Below, in pieces: positions 10,990 through 20,502 of a stretch of DNA of 64,000 bases (its first letter is position 1; every line of letters starts with the position of its first letter). Location: NCBI GenBank assembly GCA_041937175.2, contig CP166615.1, forward strand, positions 3,776,001 through 3,840,000. Reading direction: 5' to 3'. Source of the DNA: Limnothrix sp. BL-A-16. GTDB taxonomy: Bacteria; Cyanobacteriota; Cyanobacteriia; CACIAM-69d. A program made the position numbers and the translations under genes. Below the pieces are notes generated by a model. It searched no databases and was not told the origin of the DNA. It worked only from the letters and a program-made list of their open reading frames with translations.

Positions 10990-13272
10990 ATGAAACAAAC
11001 AGACATAAAAGACATAAAAAATGAAATTTGGAATAACCTTGACCGACTTCGGACGGATCTAAGTTTTTCAGGACTTCGTGACACCAGATTATTAGAGCTT
11101 ATCGGAGTAACTTTGGGAGTGGAAAAGCTTAACAGCTTATTCCAAAATGCAGGATTGATTTCCGAATTAACAAAAACCATAACTGCACCTATTTATGTTT
11201 TGAAATTCATTGAAGAACTTATAAAAATCGAGAACAAAAAATCTATTTTTGACCCTTGGGTAACAACATCTTCTCCTGTCTTTTACATTCAAGCTGACAA
11301 TATTTTTGGGACTTGTACAAACCCAACAGAATTTGAAACCATTAAATCCTTATTCAAGGAAAAAAGTCAAAATATAAAACTTGGTGACACACTAAGTGAA
11401 CTATCAAAATCAACACAAATATTTGATTTAGTTTTTTCCTTTCCTCCTTTCGGAATGCGAACGCAATACATAAACGGAGAGAAAAGTCCTTTTGATTTTG
11501 CAACAACTCTACTTTTGAAATGTGGTGAACATTTAGCTCAAGACGGAAAATTGATCTTCCTTGTTGCTAATTCATTTTTGTGGAACGAAAAAGGAAAAGA
11601 AGCATTAAACAAGCAAGGACTTTTTGTTGATGCTATTTTTTCTATTCCTTCCGGTGCCTTTGCACCAATGACAAATATTCAGTCAAATCTTATTCTTATC
11701 TCTAAACGGAATAAAGAGAAAACGTTTGTCGCTGAGATTTCACAAGACGATATAACGAATAAAGCAATACTCCAAAACTTTAAAAACCAAAAAGAAGGTA
11801 AAGCCATTCAACTCGGCTATTTTGTTGATTTTTTGGAGTTTAAGTCATTGAATGTACTGATAGCTGAAAGAGAAATGCAAGAACTTGCTAAGAGAATTGG
11901 CTGCCTGCCAATTCCCTTAACTGATATTTCCAAAATGATAAATGCACTCACAGGTGACAATTCTGATGAAGTCGAGCATTTAGCTAATTCCATTTATTTT
12001 CCTAAATCTGGAAGCAGTCCCGTTGTTTCAAGTGTATCAGAACTAGAAATCAAACCAAGGAATTACTATCAAATTCAACTTGATGAAACAAAAGCTAATG
12101 CAATTTATGTAGCAAATTATTTCAATACGCCAGTTGGCAAAAAACTAAGAGAGAGTTTAGAAGCTGGCGTAGGAATTCCTCGAATTTCAAAATCTCAACT
12201 TTTAAGTTCAAGGTGTGTTTTATTCTTACCCGACTTATCTACTCAAGCAGAGGTGATTGAAGTTGATAGTAAAATTCAACAATTTGCATTTAGACTTGAT
12301 GAACTTAGACGCAATCTATGGAAAAAGCCGAAAAGCCATAAGTCAATCGCCAAGGAATTAACAACTATAAATCAGGAAGAGAAATTGGAAAATTGGATTG
12401 ATAAACTGCCATTTCCTATTTCCTCAATTCTGTGGCGGTATTATGCCACTACAAACGATAAAGATAAAATTGAACACTTGTTTAATTTCTTTGAAGCATT
12501 TTCAGAATTTGTGTGTTTGCTAATATTAAGCTGCTTAAGAAGCAATGAGGATTTTTACAAACAAGAAAACCACCGCTGGACAGCACAAATAAACAAATTT
12601 AAAGATCGGCATTTAAGGGCTGATTTTGGAACTTGGAATAACTTATTGGCTAACTTGTCTAAAGCAATAAGGGTTTTTATGCAGGACAAAGAAAAAAGAA
12701 ATACGTGTTCAGAGTTATTTCCTTCAAGCGGTTTTTTAACGCTTATACAAAACTCAAAAGTATTTCAAATACTTGATGACGTGCGAAAACTAAGAAATGA
12801 CTGGAAAGGACATGCAGGGATAACTCCAAGCAATTTGACTTCTCGAGTTACGACTTTAGAAAAAAAACTAAATGATATAAGAAAACAAATATCAGATTCC
12901 TTTGATGATATGCAAGTTATTACTTCTGCAAAAGATGCTCAATTGGAAGAAGGTATTTGGTCATACACTGCTCGAAATTTAGTAGGTGCAAAATCGCCTT
13001 TCAGAGAAATTAAAGTTAATACTCGACTTAGTTTAGAAAAAAAGAAACTGTATCTCAAAATATCTGAATTTTCAGAACCTATTGAACTTCTTCCATTCCT
13101 GAAATATGAAGAACAAACAGAAGCAATATATTTCTATTCAAAAGTAGAAAGCGAAAAAGTGAACTGGGTTTCATACCATTTTGCAGAAGACCCAAGACGA
13201 GAAGAACAAGAAGACTATAAGTCACTACTTAGAGCATTTGACTTCCTTAACTTCCCTATCCCTGAACCATAG
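10990..13272 (+). CDS. N6-adenine MTase-like (degenerate) + HsdS/TRD-like + putative HEPN domain fusion protein
   Basis: IFDPW, GDTL, FDLVFSFPPFG, G.LIFLV..SFL, IFSIPSGAF..TNI as in HsdM; YVANYFNT..G..IPRISK..LPDLSTQ as in HsdS; C-terminal RNDWKGH; strongly AT-rich, no HIP1 seen. Confidence 0.75.
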   Translation: MKQTDIKDIKNEIWNNLDRLRTDLSFSGLRDTRLLELIGVTLGVEKLNSLFQNAGLISELTKTITAPIYVLKFIEELIKIENKKSIFDPWVTTSSPVFYIQADNIFGTCTNPTEFETIKSLFKEKSQNIKLGDTLSELSKSTQIFDLVFSFPPFGMRTQYINGEKSPFDFATTLLLKCGEHLAQDGKLIFLVANSFLWNEKGKEALNKQGLFVDAIFSIPSGAFAPMTNIQSNLILISKRNKEKTFVAEISQDDITNKAILQNFKNQKEGKAIQLGYFVDFLEFKSLNVLIAEREMQELAKRIGCLPIPLTDISKMINALTGDNSDEVEHLANSIYFPKSGSSPVVSSVSELEIKPRNYYQIQLDETKANAIYVANYFNTPVGKKLRESLEAGVGIPRISKSQLLSSRCVLFLPDLSTQAEVIEVDSKIQQFAFRLDELRRNLWKKPKSHKSIAKELTTINQEEKLENWIDKLPFPISSILWRYYATTNDKDKIEHLFNFFEAFSEFVCLLILSCLRSNEDFYKQENHRWTAQINKFKDRHLRADFGTWNNLLANLSKAIRVFMQDKEKRNTCSELFPSSGFLTLIQNSKVFQILDDVRKLRNDWKGHAGITPSNLTSRVTTLEKKLNDIRKQISDSFDDMQVITSAKDAQLEEGIWSYTARNLVGAKSPFREIKVNTRLSLEKKKLYLKISEFSEPIELLPFLKYEEQTEAIYFYSKVESEKVNWVSYHFAEDPRREEQEDYKSLLRAFDFLNFPIPEP

Positions 13273-13342
13273 CGGACAGGCAGAAACAACAGTTGGGCGT
13301 AATAGCGGGTTCGGTGCTTTGTATGACAGTAGCTCTTAGCCC

Positions 13343-13366
13343 GTAGGGTGAGCACTGCCTACCTAC
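13343..13366 (+). repeat. GTAG-type REP-like palindrome
   Basis: GTAGGGTGAGCACTGCCTACCTAC. Confidence 0.6.
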
Positions 13367-13429
13367 TAACTGCCTCATAGCATCTTCGATATTAAGTACT
13401 AATCGTTTTAGGTAAAAGCTGTATTGGCT

Positions 13430-13541
13430 TTAGGAGTTTAGCGGGTCATGAGTCCTGAGTTGGGCGATCGCCTCCAAATCAAGACCCGTAGTGCGACTAA
13501 TCGCCTCATCATCTAAAACCCCCAGCAATGGTTGGGCGATC
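13430..13541 (-). pseudogene. Orphan copy of the rpn 3' end (108/112 nt identical to 14422-14533)
   Basis: Encodes IAQPLLGVLDDEAISRTTGLDLEAIAQLRTHDPLNS*; in-frame stop just upstream. Confidence 0.9.
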
Positions 13542-13712
13542 TGTAAACATCAATTTGGCTATCAAGGATGGGATCTCCCATACTAGATCACAAATCTCCT
13601 TGAATCTGGGAAACGTTGATGTTGTTGCAAGTCCATGGTGAAAGTAATCCAATTACCCTACAGGGAGAGGCAATTATTGTTTTAAAGATGGATACAATTT
13701 TGGCTAGATAGT

Positions 13713-13733
13713 GGTGGGCACTGCCCAACCTAC
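13713..13733 (-). repeat. GTAG-type REP-like palindrome, inverted relative to the 13343 copy
   Basis: Revcomp GTAGGTTGGGCAGTGCCCACC. Confidence 0.6.
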
Positions 13734-13848
13734 TGAATGGACGCTGCCCCTACTTAATAAATTAGCTCTGACGACACCCATCGCAGAAAAGCTATTCTTG
13801 ACTCGTGGTTTAACGCATAGCTAGCCGCCTTATCTAGGCTGATGTTGC

Positions 13849-14379
13849 ATGAAAGCAAAAACTATTCAAACTCATCTCAATGCTTGCTCAAAAGAAGAAC
13901 TCGTGCAAATTTTGCTTGATTTAGTAAAGCGCAATCCTGCTGTCGAGCATTTCCTAATTGCCAAGTTTTATCCCAGCGAACCAATAGCTGAATTTGATGA
14001 CTATAAGGCGGAAGTCCGAGCCGAATTTTTTCCCAAGCGTGGGTTTGGAAACGGCAGCCCATCAATCGCCTTTCGGATGTTGCAACGTGTTGAAGCCGAG
14101 GCCATCAGCCCGAAGCAGGTGATCGATTTTATCTATTACTGTGTCGAAACTGGGGTGGAATTTACTGCCGCCTACGGAGACATTGATGAAGAGTACTATA
14201 CGTGCTTCGAGGATCTCTTCGAGCGAGCCGCAAAACTCGCAGCGAGCGAAAATTTGATTAATGAGTATGAGGCACGCGCCCTGTGTATTGTCAAAAGCAC
14301 GTCTGAGATGGGGTGGGGGTTCTATGACGAATTGGAGGACATCTTCGGAAGGTACTTTCCTGCGGCAGATGAAATCTAA
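13849..14379 (+). CDS. Hypothetical protein, DUF6155-like
   Basis: SKEELVQILLDL..EFFPKRG..YCVETGVEFTAAYGDIDEEYY; helical protein; family call from memory. Confidence 0.7.
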   Translation: MKAKTIQTHLNACSKEELVQILLDLVKRNPAVEHFLIAKFYPSEPIAEFDDYKAEVRAEFFPKRGFGNGSPSIAFRMLQRVEAEAISPKQVIDFIYYCVETGVEFTAAYGDIDEEYYTCFEDLFERAAKLAASENLINEYEARALCIVKSTSEMGWGFYDELEDIFGRYFPAADEI

Positions 14380-14421
14380 CACACCACTATTGCGACCATA
14401 AAGCTCTGGTAGACATGAGTG

Positions 14422-15333
14422 TTAGGAGTTTAGCGGGTCATCAGTCCTGAGTTGGGCGATTGCCTCCAAATCAAGACCCGTAGTGCGACTAATCGCCTCA
14501 TCATCTAAAACACCCAGCAATTGTTGGGCGATCGCCCGTTGCGCCGCCAGTTTTCCCTGCTCGATACCCCGCTCAATACCTTGTTCAATGCCTTGCTCAA
14601 TGCCCTGGCTGAGCGCTTTTTTGATTGAATTGCGCTGATCCTGAATAAAAATCTCCTGATGCTCCAGCTCATCCAGCTCTTGAGCATTCAGGTTCGCTTG
14701 GTTAGCGATCGCAAAAGCCTTCTGAATTTCAGGAACTGCTCCCATACTGGGTGGCACAGACTCCAGCTTTCGGGCAGCTTTCAGAAAATATAACCACTTA
14801 TCCATTAGGGTTTCGAGATCTGCAAGTTCCTTTTGGAACTTAGGCAATTCAATGAACACCAGTTCAATATCATAAATGGATGAATAATCCGTCAAATAGG
14901 TTCTCTCCTTTAGCACAAAACGCGAAATGAGTTGATCCAGATCAGGAAACATCTCAAAATCAACGATCGTGAGGGCAATCACCGGTTGTAGATCCGTATA
15001 GCCATCACCGATCGCCAGTTGGTTGCTGTAGGTCTTCGCCGCATTGTAGAGAATGCGTTTTTGAAAACCTTCGACATTCAAGACCTGCATTTCAATAATC
15101 ACCGTCTCGGTTTGTCCATGACCATCGGCGATCGTTGCTTTGATATCAAGATAAGTATCTTTGAATCCGCGAATTCGTTGTCTAAAAGGAGGATCGCGAA
15201 TTTCTAGCTCACGGATCGTAGAGTTTCCCTCATACAAAACCGCATTCAGAAAGCTAATCAAAATATCTTGGCTTTGTTCGGAACCAAATATTTTTTTGAA
15301 GGCGTAATCGGTTTTAGGATTAATAAAGCGCAT
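14422..15333 (-). CDS. Rpn family recombination-promoting nuclease / PD-(D/E)XK putative transposase
   Basis: MRFINPKTDYAFKKIFG, LDIKA..IIEMQV, FIELPKF, KWLYFLK, (Q/R)GIE repeats, C-terminal ISRTTGL. Confidence 0.95.
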   Translation of the reverse strand: MRFINPKTDYAFKKIFGSEQSQDILISFLNAVLYEGNSTIRELEIRDPPFRQRIRGFKDTYLDIKATIADGHGQTETVIIEMQVLNVEGFQKRILYNAAKTYSNQLAIGDGYTDLQPVIALTIVDFEMFPDLDQLISRFVLKERTYLTDYSSIYDIELVFIELPKFQKELADLETLMDKWLYFLKAARKLESVPPSMGAVPEIQKAFAIANQANLNAQELDELEHQEIFIQDQRNSIKKALSQGIEQGIEQGIERGIEQGKLAAQRAIAQQLLGVLDDEAISRTTGLDLEAIAQLRTDDPLNS

Positions 15334-15570
15334 CGGTTTTCCAGACAGCGCTAGCGTCGCGATCGCTAGCAAAGCTAATGCCATGGTAGCGATTTTTGGG
15401 TGATTGTTAACCAGTGCGTATGAGATTCTCCCAGCCGACGGCCCACACGATCACACCCCTAGAACATCGCTTTGAGGTTGGTCTCGTGTTCAATGGCTGG
15501 AAAATCGATCGACGATCGCACCAATCCACCCTGCCCAATTGCGATCGTGCGGCCCTCGTGAATATTGGGT

Positions 15571-15642
15571 TTAGGGATTCAGCGGGTCATCTGTCCTGAA
15601 TTGAGCGATCGCCTCCAAATCCAGACCCGTAGGGCAACTAAT
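15571..15642 (-). pseudogene. Second, more diverged orphan copy of the rpn 3' end (about 62/72 nt identical)
   Basis: Encodes ISCPTGLDLEAIAQFRTDDPLNP*. Confidence 0.8.
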
Positions 15643-15654
15643 AACTTTATTGAC

Positions 15655-16812
15655 TTAAGAATGACCCGGCTTGGGAACTCTGCGCCGATACTTCCACATC
15701 ACGAAGCCGGTGATCAAAAGGACTAAAGGAGCCAACCCAACGAAAACGTAAAGAATTCGGGTTGGCATACCACCGAAAGTGCCAAAGTGAACCGGATCAA
15801 ATTGATTGATAATGGCTTCGGCACGAGTCGGTTTTAGCCCATCCGCCAACCGAATAACGCTGCCGCTAAACTGATCGATCGCCAATCTTGTATTGCCCCA
15901 ATCCGATCGTTCTTGGGCTTGCCGTTTGCCAACCAAGAACGGAGATTCTGGCTTGGCAGGCAGTGAAATATAAGTAACCACTGCGTTGGGCACTGCCGCA
16001 TCGGCTCGTTGCAACAAGTCAGCAATGGGCAGCGGCTGTTGACCCGGCATCGGCTGAGAAACGGGGTCGGCCGGTTGGGGGGTGAAAGTCACTGCATAGA
16101 TCGCCTCGGTCACCTTTGCCTGGGGCACATTCCAAGCAAACCCGGTGAACCCAATCAATCCCAAAAAGATTGCAGTAGTGATGCCTGAAACCTTATGAAG
16201 ATCGAAGTTGATACGTTTGATATGGGCGTTCTGCCATTTAATTTTGAAACCAGCTTTTAGGTTTCGCCAACCGGGCCATAACACGATTCCAGTTAGACTC
16301 AAAATCAAGGTCAGTAGCGCCACAATCCCCATAATTAGAGTGCCGGTGTCCCCTGCCAGAAGTTTGTAATGCAGCTCATAAATTAAGCCAACCCAACTGG
16401 TTTCCCATTCCCGATCGCCCATGATTTGCCCCGCGTAGGGATTGATCAGCACTTGCCAATGGTGATGGGCGGGAGTTTCTAGCCATGCTTCATAGGGTTC
16501 GTGTGATGATTGCGGGGGCACAACGGTGGTTAGTCGCCAATTTTTATCCCCATAAGCACCGTTGACCAGATCAACAACGGCCGCGATCGACATGATCACG
16601 CCTGTGGGAATCACAGCACCGAATTGCTGGGTTAGCACCCAATGATCAATTTCGTGCCAAAAGACGAGGATGCTCCCCGTTAGGCCAGCAATGCTCAGTA
16701 GAATTCCAACCGTTAGACCCAACCAACGATGGAGGAAAAAAGAGATTGCTCTCACTGGAGAACGAAAAAACCGACTCTGTGTTTTGGGTGGCTGCTGCTG
16801 AGTGGATTCCAT
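15655..16812 (-). CDS. PepSY-associated TM helix domain protein (iron-regulated membrane protein)
   Basis: LHRWLGL..GLTGS, LHYKLL, SLTGIVLW, DLHKVSG, HFGTFGG motifs. Confidence 0.92.
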   Translation of the reverse strand: MESTQQQPPKTQSRFFRSPVRAISFFLHRWLGLTVGILLSIAGLTGSILVFWHEIDHWVLTQQFGAVIPTGVIMSIAAVVDLVNGAYGDKNWRLTTVVPPQSSHEPYEAWLETPAHHHWQVLINPYAGQIMGDREWETSWVGLIYELHYKLLAGDTGTLIMGIVALLTLILSLTGIVLWPGWRNLKAGFKIKWQNAHIKRINFDLHKVSGITTAIFLGLIGFTGFAWNVPQAKVTEAIYAVTFTPQPADPVSQPMPGQQPLPIADLLQRADAAVPNAVVTYISLPAKPESPFLVGKRQAQERSDWGNTRLAIDQFSGSVIRLADGLKPTRAEAIINQFDPVHFGTFGGMPTRILYVFVGLAPLVLLITGFVMWKYRRRVPKPGHS

Positions 16813-16857
16813 GATCTTTTCCTTCAGGGACGCTAAAAAGATGGGCGATCGCTTGAT

Positions 16858-19347
16858 CTAAAATGTCCAAGAAAGACTGGCTTGCACCGTGAGGGGCGCT
16901 CCATAAAAGATGCGGTTGCGATTGAAAGAGCCTTCAAAATATTCCACATCGAAGAGATTCTTGATGTTGATGGCCGCGCGGAATCCGTTGCGTTTGTAGA
17001 AGATGGCCGCATCGGTTGTCAGATAGCTGGGTAACTCAAACGTGTTGGCATTGTCACCGGCCCGATCGCCCACATAAAACAAGCCCACCCCAAATCCCAA
17101 CCCTTGAAAATCACCCGCTTGAATTTCATAGGTTGTCCATAAACTCGCCGCGTGGGGCGCGGTGCGTTGAACACGGTTATTCACCAAATCCGAGTTACTG
17201 TCCTCGGTGATTCGCGCATCGTTGTAGGCATAGCTGGCGAAGATATTCCACCCTGGTAAAATCTCCCCCGCCACGCTGAGTTCAACACCCCGGCTCCGTT
17301 GCTCTCCCGTTTGCACTGAGAAATTGTCATCCACGGGATCGGTGGTCAGCACATTTTTTTGGGTGATGTTGTACCAAGCCAAGGTTGCAGACAGCCGATC
17401 GCTCAAATCTGCTTTTACACCCATTTCAAACTGGGTTCCCCGAGTGGGTTCAAAAACACTGTCGTCGCGAGACCGCCCGATCGTGGGTTCAAACGATCGA
17501 CTGTAGTTGGCATACAGAGAAATCGGTTCGATCGGCTGATAGACAATTCCTAATCGGGGACTAAACGCCTCACCCGACTGAACCAGATCGGGATTACCAA
17601 AATCCCCAGTCTGCTTGAACATGTCAAATCGACCACCGATCAGCACCTTCAAGTTATCTGCCAGGGCGATTTGATCTTGCAGCAAAATCCCCAGCTCATC
17701 GGTCACAATGTCGTCTTTGCTGCTAAAGGTTACTGCCCCGGGGGATGCCCCAAAGGTGGGATCAAATAAATCAATGGGTGGGCCTTCTAGCCCTGTGAAT
17801 CGTAGTTCGATATCCGATCGCCCTAAATCAACCCCAAATAATAATTGATGCTGAATGGAACCGGTTGCAAACTTACCCACCACATTTGTGGTCATCCGGT
17901 AATCAAGATACTGATCGGAAATGTCAGAGAAGCTGGTTGATAAAGTTCGATTATCCGCACCAAGCGCCCCTGGAAATCGACCAAAGGTATCAAACTCTAG
18001 CGATCCATACCGAAACGCATGATTTAATGACCAATTTTCATTAAATTGATGCTCCAGTTTGTAGCCAATTCGGGTCTGTCTAACCTCAGCATCACTTTCC
18101 GTTAGGTTGCGGCTGCGCGGCACATCTCCCAAGGGGTTATCCAGGATTGTGCCCACGATGGGTAAGCCATGGGTGGCATTGTCGCGCTGCAAGTGCTTAT
18201 GGATGCCTTCAATGCTGAGTGTGGTGTTTTCACCCAAAGCAAAACTGAGAACGGGTGCAATCACTAGGTTGCTGGTTTGGCTGAAGTCGGTGAAAAGTCC
18301 CTGATCTCGATAGGAAGCATTCAGTCGATAAAGAATGTTTTTGTCGCGATCGAGGGGGCCCGACAAATCCACTTCACCCCGGTAAAAATCGAAGCTACCC
18401 CCGCTGGCTTCAATGAAGTAATAGGGATCGCTTAAAGGACGTTTGCTGACAAAGTTAATGGTTCCGCCGGGTGAGGATGAGCCAAACAAAATCGAGTTGG
18501 GCCCTTGCAGCACTTCAATTTGCTCAATGCCAGTGAGGTCGGGGCCAATATTGGAAGAAACCCCATTAAAGTCCCGCGTGATCATGCCATCGACGGTGGG
18601 CGAGGTGAAAAAGCCTCGAACCTGTGCCCGCACCGCGTCAAAGTTAGACGGTGAGCCGACTCGCACACTGGGAGCATTCAGCAATGCGCTGGTCACGTCA
18701 GCCCGTTGATCTTGCAGCAGTTCTTGGGGAATGATCTGAATCGATTGGGGAATATCACGCAATGGCGTATCAGTCCGCGTCGCTGTCGAAGAGTTGGGCA
18801 CGCGATAGCCCCGTTGCCCTTCCCCGGTGACCACAAGTTCCTCGTCTGGTTCCTCCTCTGCTGGGTTGAGGCTATAGGCCAGTCCGGCTGTGGTCAGGAT
18901 TACTTCGGTGTTGGGCGGAGCGTTGGTTCCGGTGACGCTGACCCGGATGGTGTTGCTGTCTTGCTGCGTCACCTGCACCGTGGCAATATCCGCGATCGGG
19001 TTCTCCGCGACAAACGCTTGGCCGTTGGGTAAGGCCAGCACGGCATTCGGAATATCGGCAACGAGGCGATCGCCCTCAGCGCGAAACTGAGTCGCATCAA
19101 TTTGCAGGGGCTTATCTTCGGCGGTTTCGAGGATAATTTCGAGTTCCGTATCAGTACGGTTCAGTTGCACGCCGGTTACTTGTACGGTGGTGCGCTCAAT
19201 TTGCGCCCGCCACTCTTGGAGGCTGGTGGCCGGCTGTCCGAGGTCTTGTATTCGGGGAATTTGAGCGTTGTCTTCGGCCCAAGCGGCCTGCGGCCCCGCC
19301 ACGGACAGCACACTCGCCACAACCAGACCCGACAACCGATTCACCAT
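16858..19347 (-). CDS. TonB-dependent siderophore receptor with N-terminal AMIN domain
   Basis: Signal peptide, EELVVTG TonB box, TRTDTPLRDIPQSI, IEVLQGPNSILFG, C-terminal NLFD...SWTF. Confidence 0.95.
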   Translation of the reverse strand: MVNRLSGLVVASVLSVAGPQAAWAEDNAQIPRIQDLGQPATSLQEWRAQIERTTVQVTGVQLNRTDTELEIILETAEDKPLQIDATQFRAEGDRLVADIPNAVLALPNGQAFVAENPIADIATVQVTQQDSNTIRVSVTGTNAPPNTEVILTTAGLAYSLNPAEEEPDEELVVTGEGQRGYRVPNSSTATRTDTPLRDIPQSIQIIPQELLQDQRADVTSALLNAPSVRVGSPSNFDAVRAQVRGFFTSPTVDGMITRDFNGVSSNIGPDLTGIEQIEVLQGPNSILFGSSSPGGTINFVSKRPLSDPYYFIEASGGSFDFYRGEVDLSGPLDRDKNILYRLNASYRDQGLFTDFSQTSNLVIAPVLSFALGENTTLSIEGIHKHLQRDNATHGLPIVGTILDNPLGDVPRSRNLTESDAEVRQTRIGYKLEHQFNENWSLNHAFRYGSLEFDTFGRFPGALGADNRTLSTSFSDISDQYLDYRMTTNVVGKFATGSIQHQLLFGVDLGRSDIELRFTGLEGPPIDLFDPTFGASPGAVTFSSKDDIVTDELGILLQDQIALADNLKVLIGGRFDMFKQTGDFGNPDLVQSGEAFSPRLGIVYQPIEPISLYANYSRSFEPTIGRSRDDSVFEPTRGTQFEMGVKADLSDRLSATLAWYNITQKNVLTTDPVDDNFSVQTGEQRSRGVELSVAGEILPGWNIFASYAYNDARITEDSNSDLVNNRVQRTAPHAASLWTTYEIQAGDFQGLGFGVGLFYVGDRAGDNANTFELPSYLTTDAAIFYKRNGFRAAINIKNLFDVEYFEGSFNRNRIFYGAPLTVQASLSWTF

Positions 19348-19362
19348 GACCCCACACCGCAG

Positions 19363-19379
19363 TTGAGAAAGACTTTCAG
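19363..19379. promoter_or_regulatory. Fur-box-like site upstream of the TonB-dependent receptor
   Basis: TTGAGAAAGACTTTCAG, an imperfect palindrome 16-32 nt upstream of the ATG. Confidence 0.45.
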
Positions 19380-19444
19380 GAGCCTAGCAAGGGCGAACCG
19401 CAAAGCAAAGCCGTTTTGGTGAGTCGCGGTACTTTTTTTGGGGG

Positions 19445-20476
19445 TTAGCAGAACTTTTTGCGCTGGGCCTGATAGAGCTTGGGATTGATGCCAAACTTGG
19501 TTCTGAACTGCTTGGCGAAGTGGCTGCGATCGCCAAAGCCCACGGCGGCCGCGACTTCGGACACTTTGAGATCGCCGGTTTCTAGCAACTGTCTGGCCTG
19601 CTCTAGGCGATGGTCATGTAAATAGGTGAAGGGTGGCTGACCAAACACCTGCCGAAAGCCTTCTTTGAGGGCCCGGCTGTTCAGCCCCACCCGTTGCGCC
19701 AGGGTCATTAATGAGGGCGGCTGCTCGAGGTGTTGCAGCAAAATCGATCGCGCCTGATGCAGGCGATCGATATCATCGGGCTTCAGGTTTGCCAACGCCG
19801 CACCGTTCTCCCAAGCGGCTGCTGGGCTGTGGGTTGATTGTTGTTCCTGCTGAATTTTCAGCTCATCGGCCAACACCAACATCACCGCCTCCAGGGCCTT
19901 GCTCTCTAGAAACAGCCGCTTGGTAATGCCCTGATAGGGACAGCGAATGATTTGCCACAGCACTCGCTGCATGGTTCTCGAAACTTTGCCGACGCGGGTG
20001 TAATAAAGCTGATCCGCTGGGCGCACGAGGTGGTGCAAGGCGGGCGGTAGCTCTCCGTCCTGGCCCGCAAAGGACTGAAACACGGACGGTGACAGCCAAA
20101 TATGCACCTCCAAGATCGGGTGCCGATCGGTGCCGATGATGCAATCCTTGGGGGCCAGACCACTGCCATAGAGGGCATATTCCAGATTGTGGACTTCGGT
20201 GTAAGTGTCTTGGTGCTGTCCAGAAAGGTGGAAATGGAACGATAGCCACTCGGCCCGCTCGGCCAGTACTGCATCCCAGCGATCTCGCAGCCGGTAGTGA
20301 TGGATTTGGACTTCAAAGCCTTCTCGGAGTTCCACTTCTCGCATGTAGCCTTCCCAAAGCCAAGCGGGATAAACCAAGAGGCGATCGTGTCGATCGGTGG
20401 AGTCGGGGTGTCGGGCCTGAGCCAGCGTCTCTTGATACAGCTCAACGGCGGCTTGTTCAGAGGTGGTGATGGTCAT
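19445..20476 (-). CDS. AraC family transcriptional regulator (PchR-like)
   Basis: CPYQGITKRLFLESKALE, PPSLMTLAQRVGLN, VGF..SHFAKQFR..FGINP. Confidence 0.93.
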   Translation of the reverse strand: MTITTSEQAAVELYQETLAQARHPDSTDRHDRLLVYPAWLWEGYMREVELREGFEVQIHHYRLRDRWDAVLAERAEWLSFHFHLSGQHQDTYTEVHNLEYALYGSGLAPKDCIIGTDRHPILEVHIWLSPSVFQSFAGQDGELPPALHHLVRPADQLYYTRVGKVSRTMQRVLWQIIRCPYQGITKRLFLESKALEAVMLVLADELKIQQEQQSTHSPAAAWENGAALANLKPDDIDRLHQARSILLQHLEQPPSLMTLAQRVGLNSRALKEGFRQVFGQPPFTYLHDHRLEQARQLLETGDLKVSEVAAAVGFGDRSHFAKQFRTKFGINPKLYQAQRKKFC

Positions 20477-20502
20477 GGCGATCGGGCTGGCTCAAAAGAC
20501 AG

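Noticed and set aside
14422..14764. Internal RpnS-type antitoxin start in rpn
   Set aside because: The only GGAG noticed (14764-14761) is 3 nt from a GTG and 15 nt from the ATG at 14745; neither spacing is convincing
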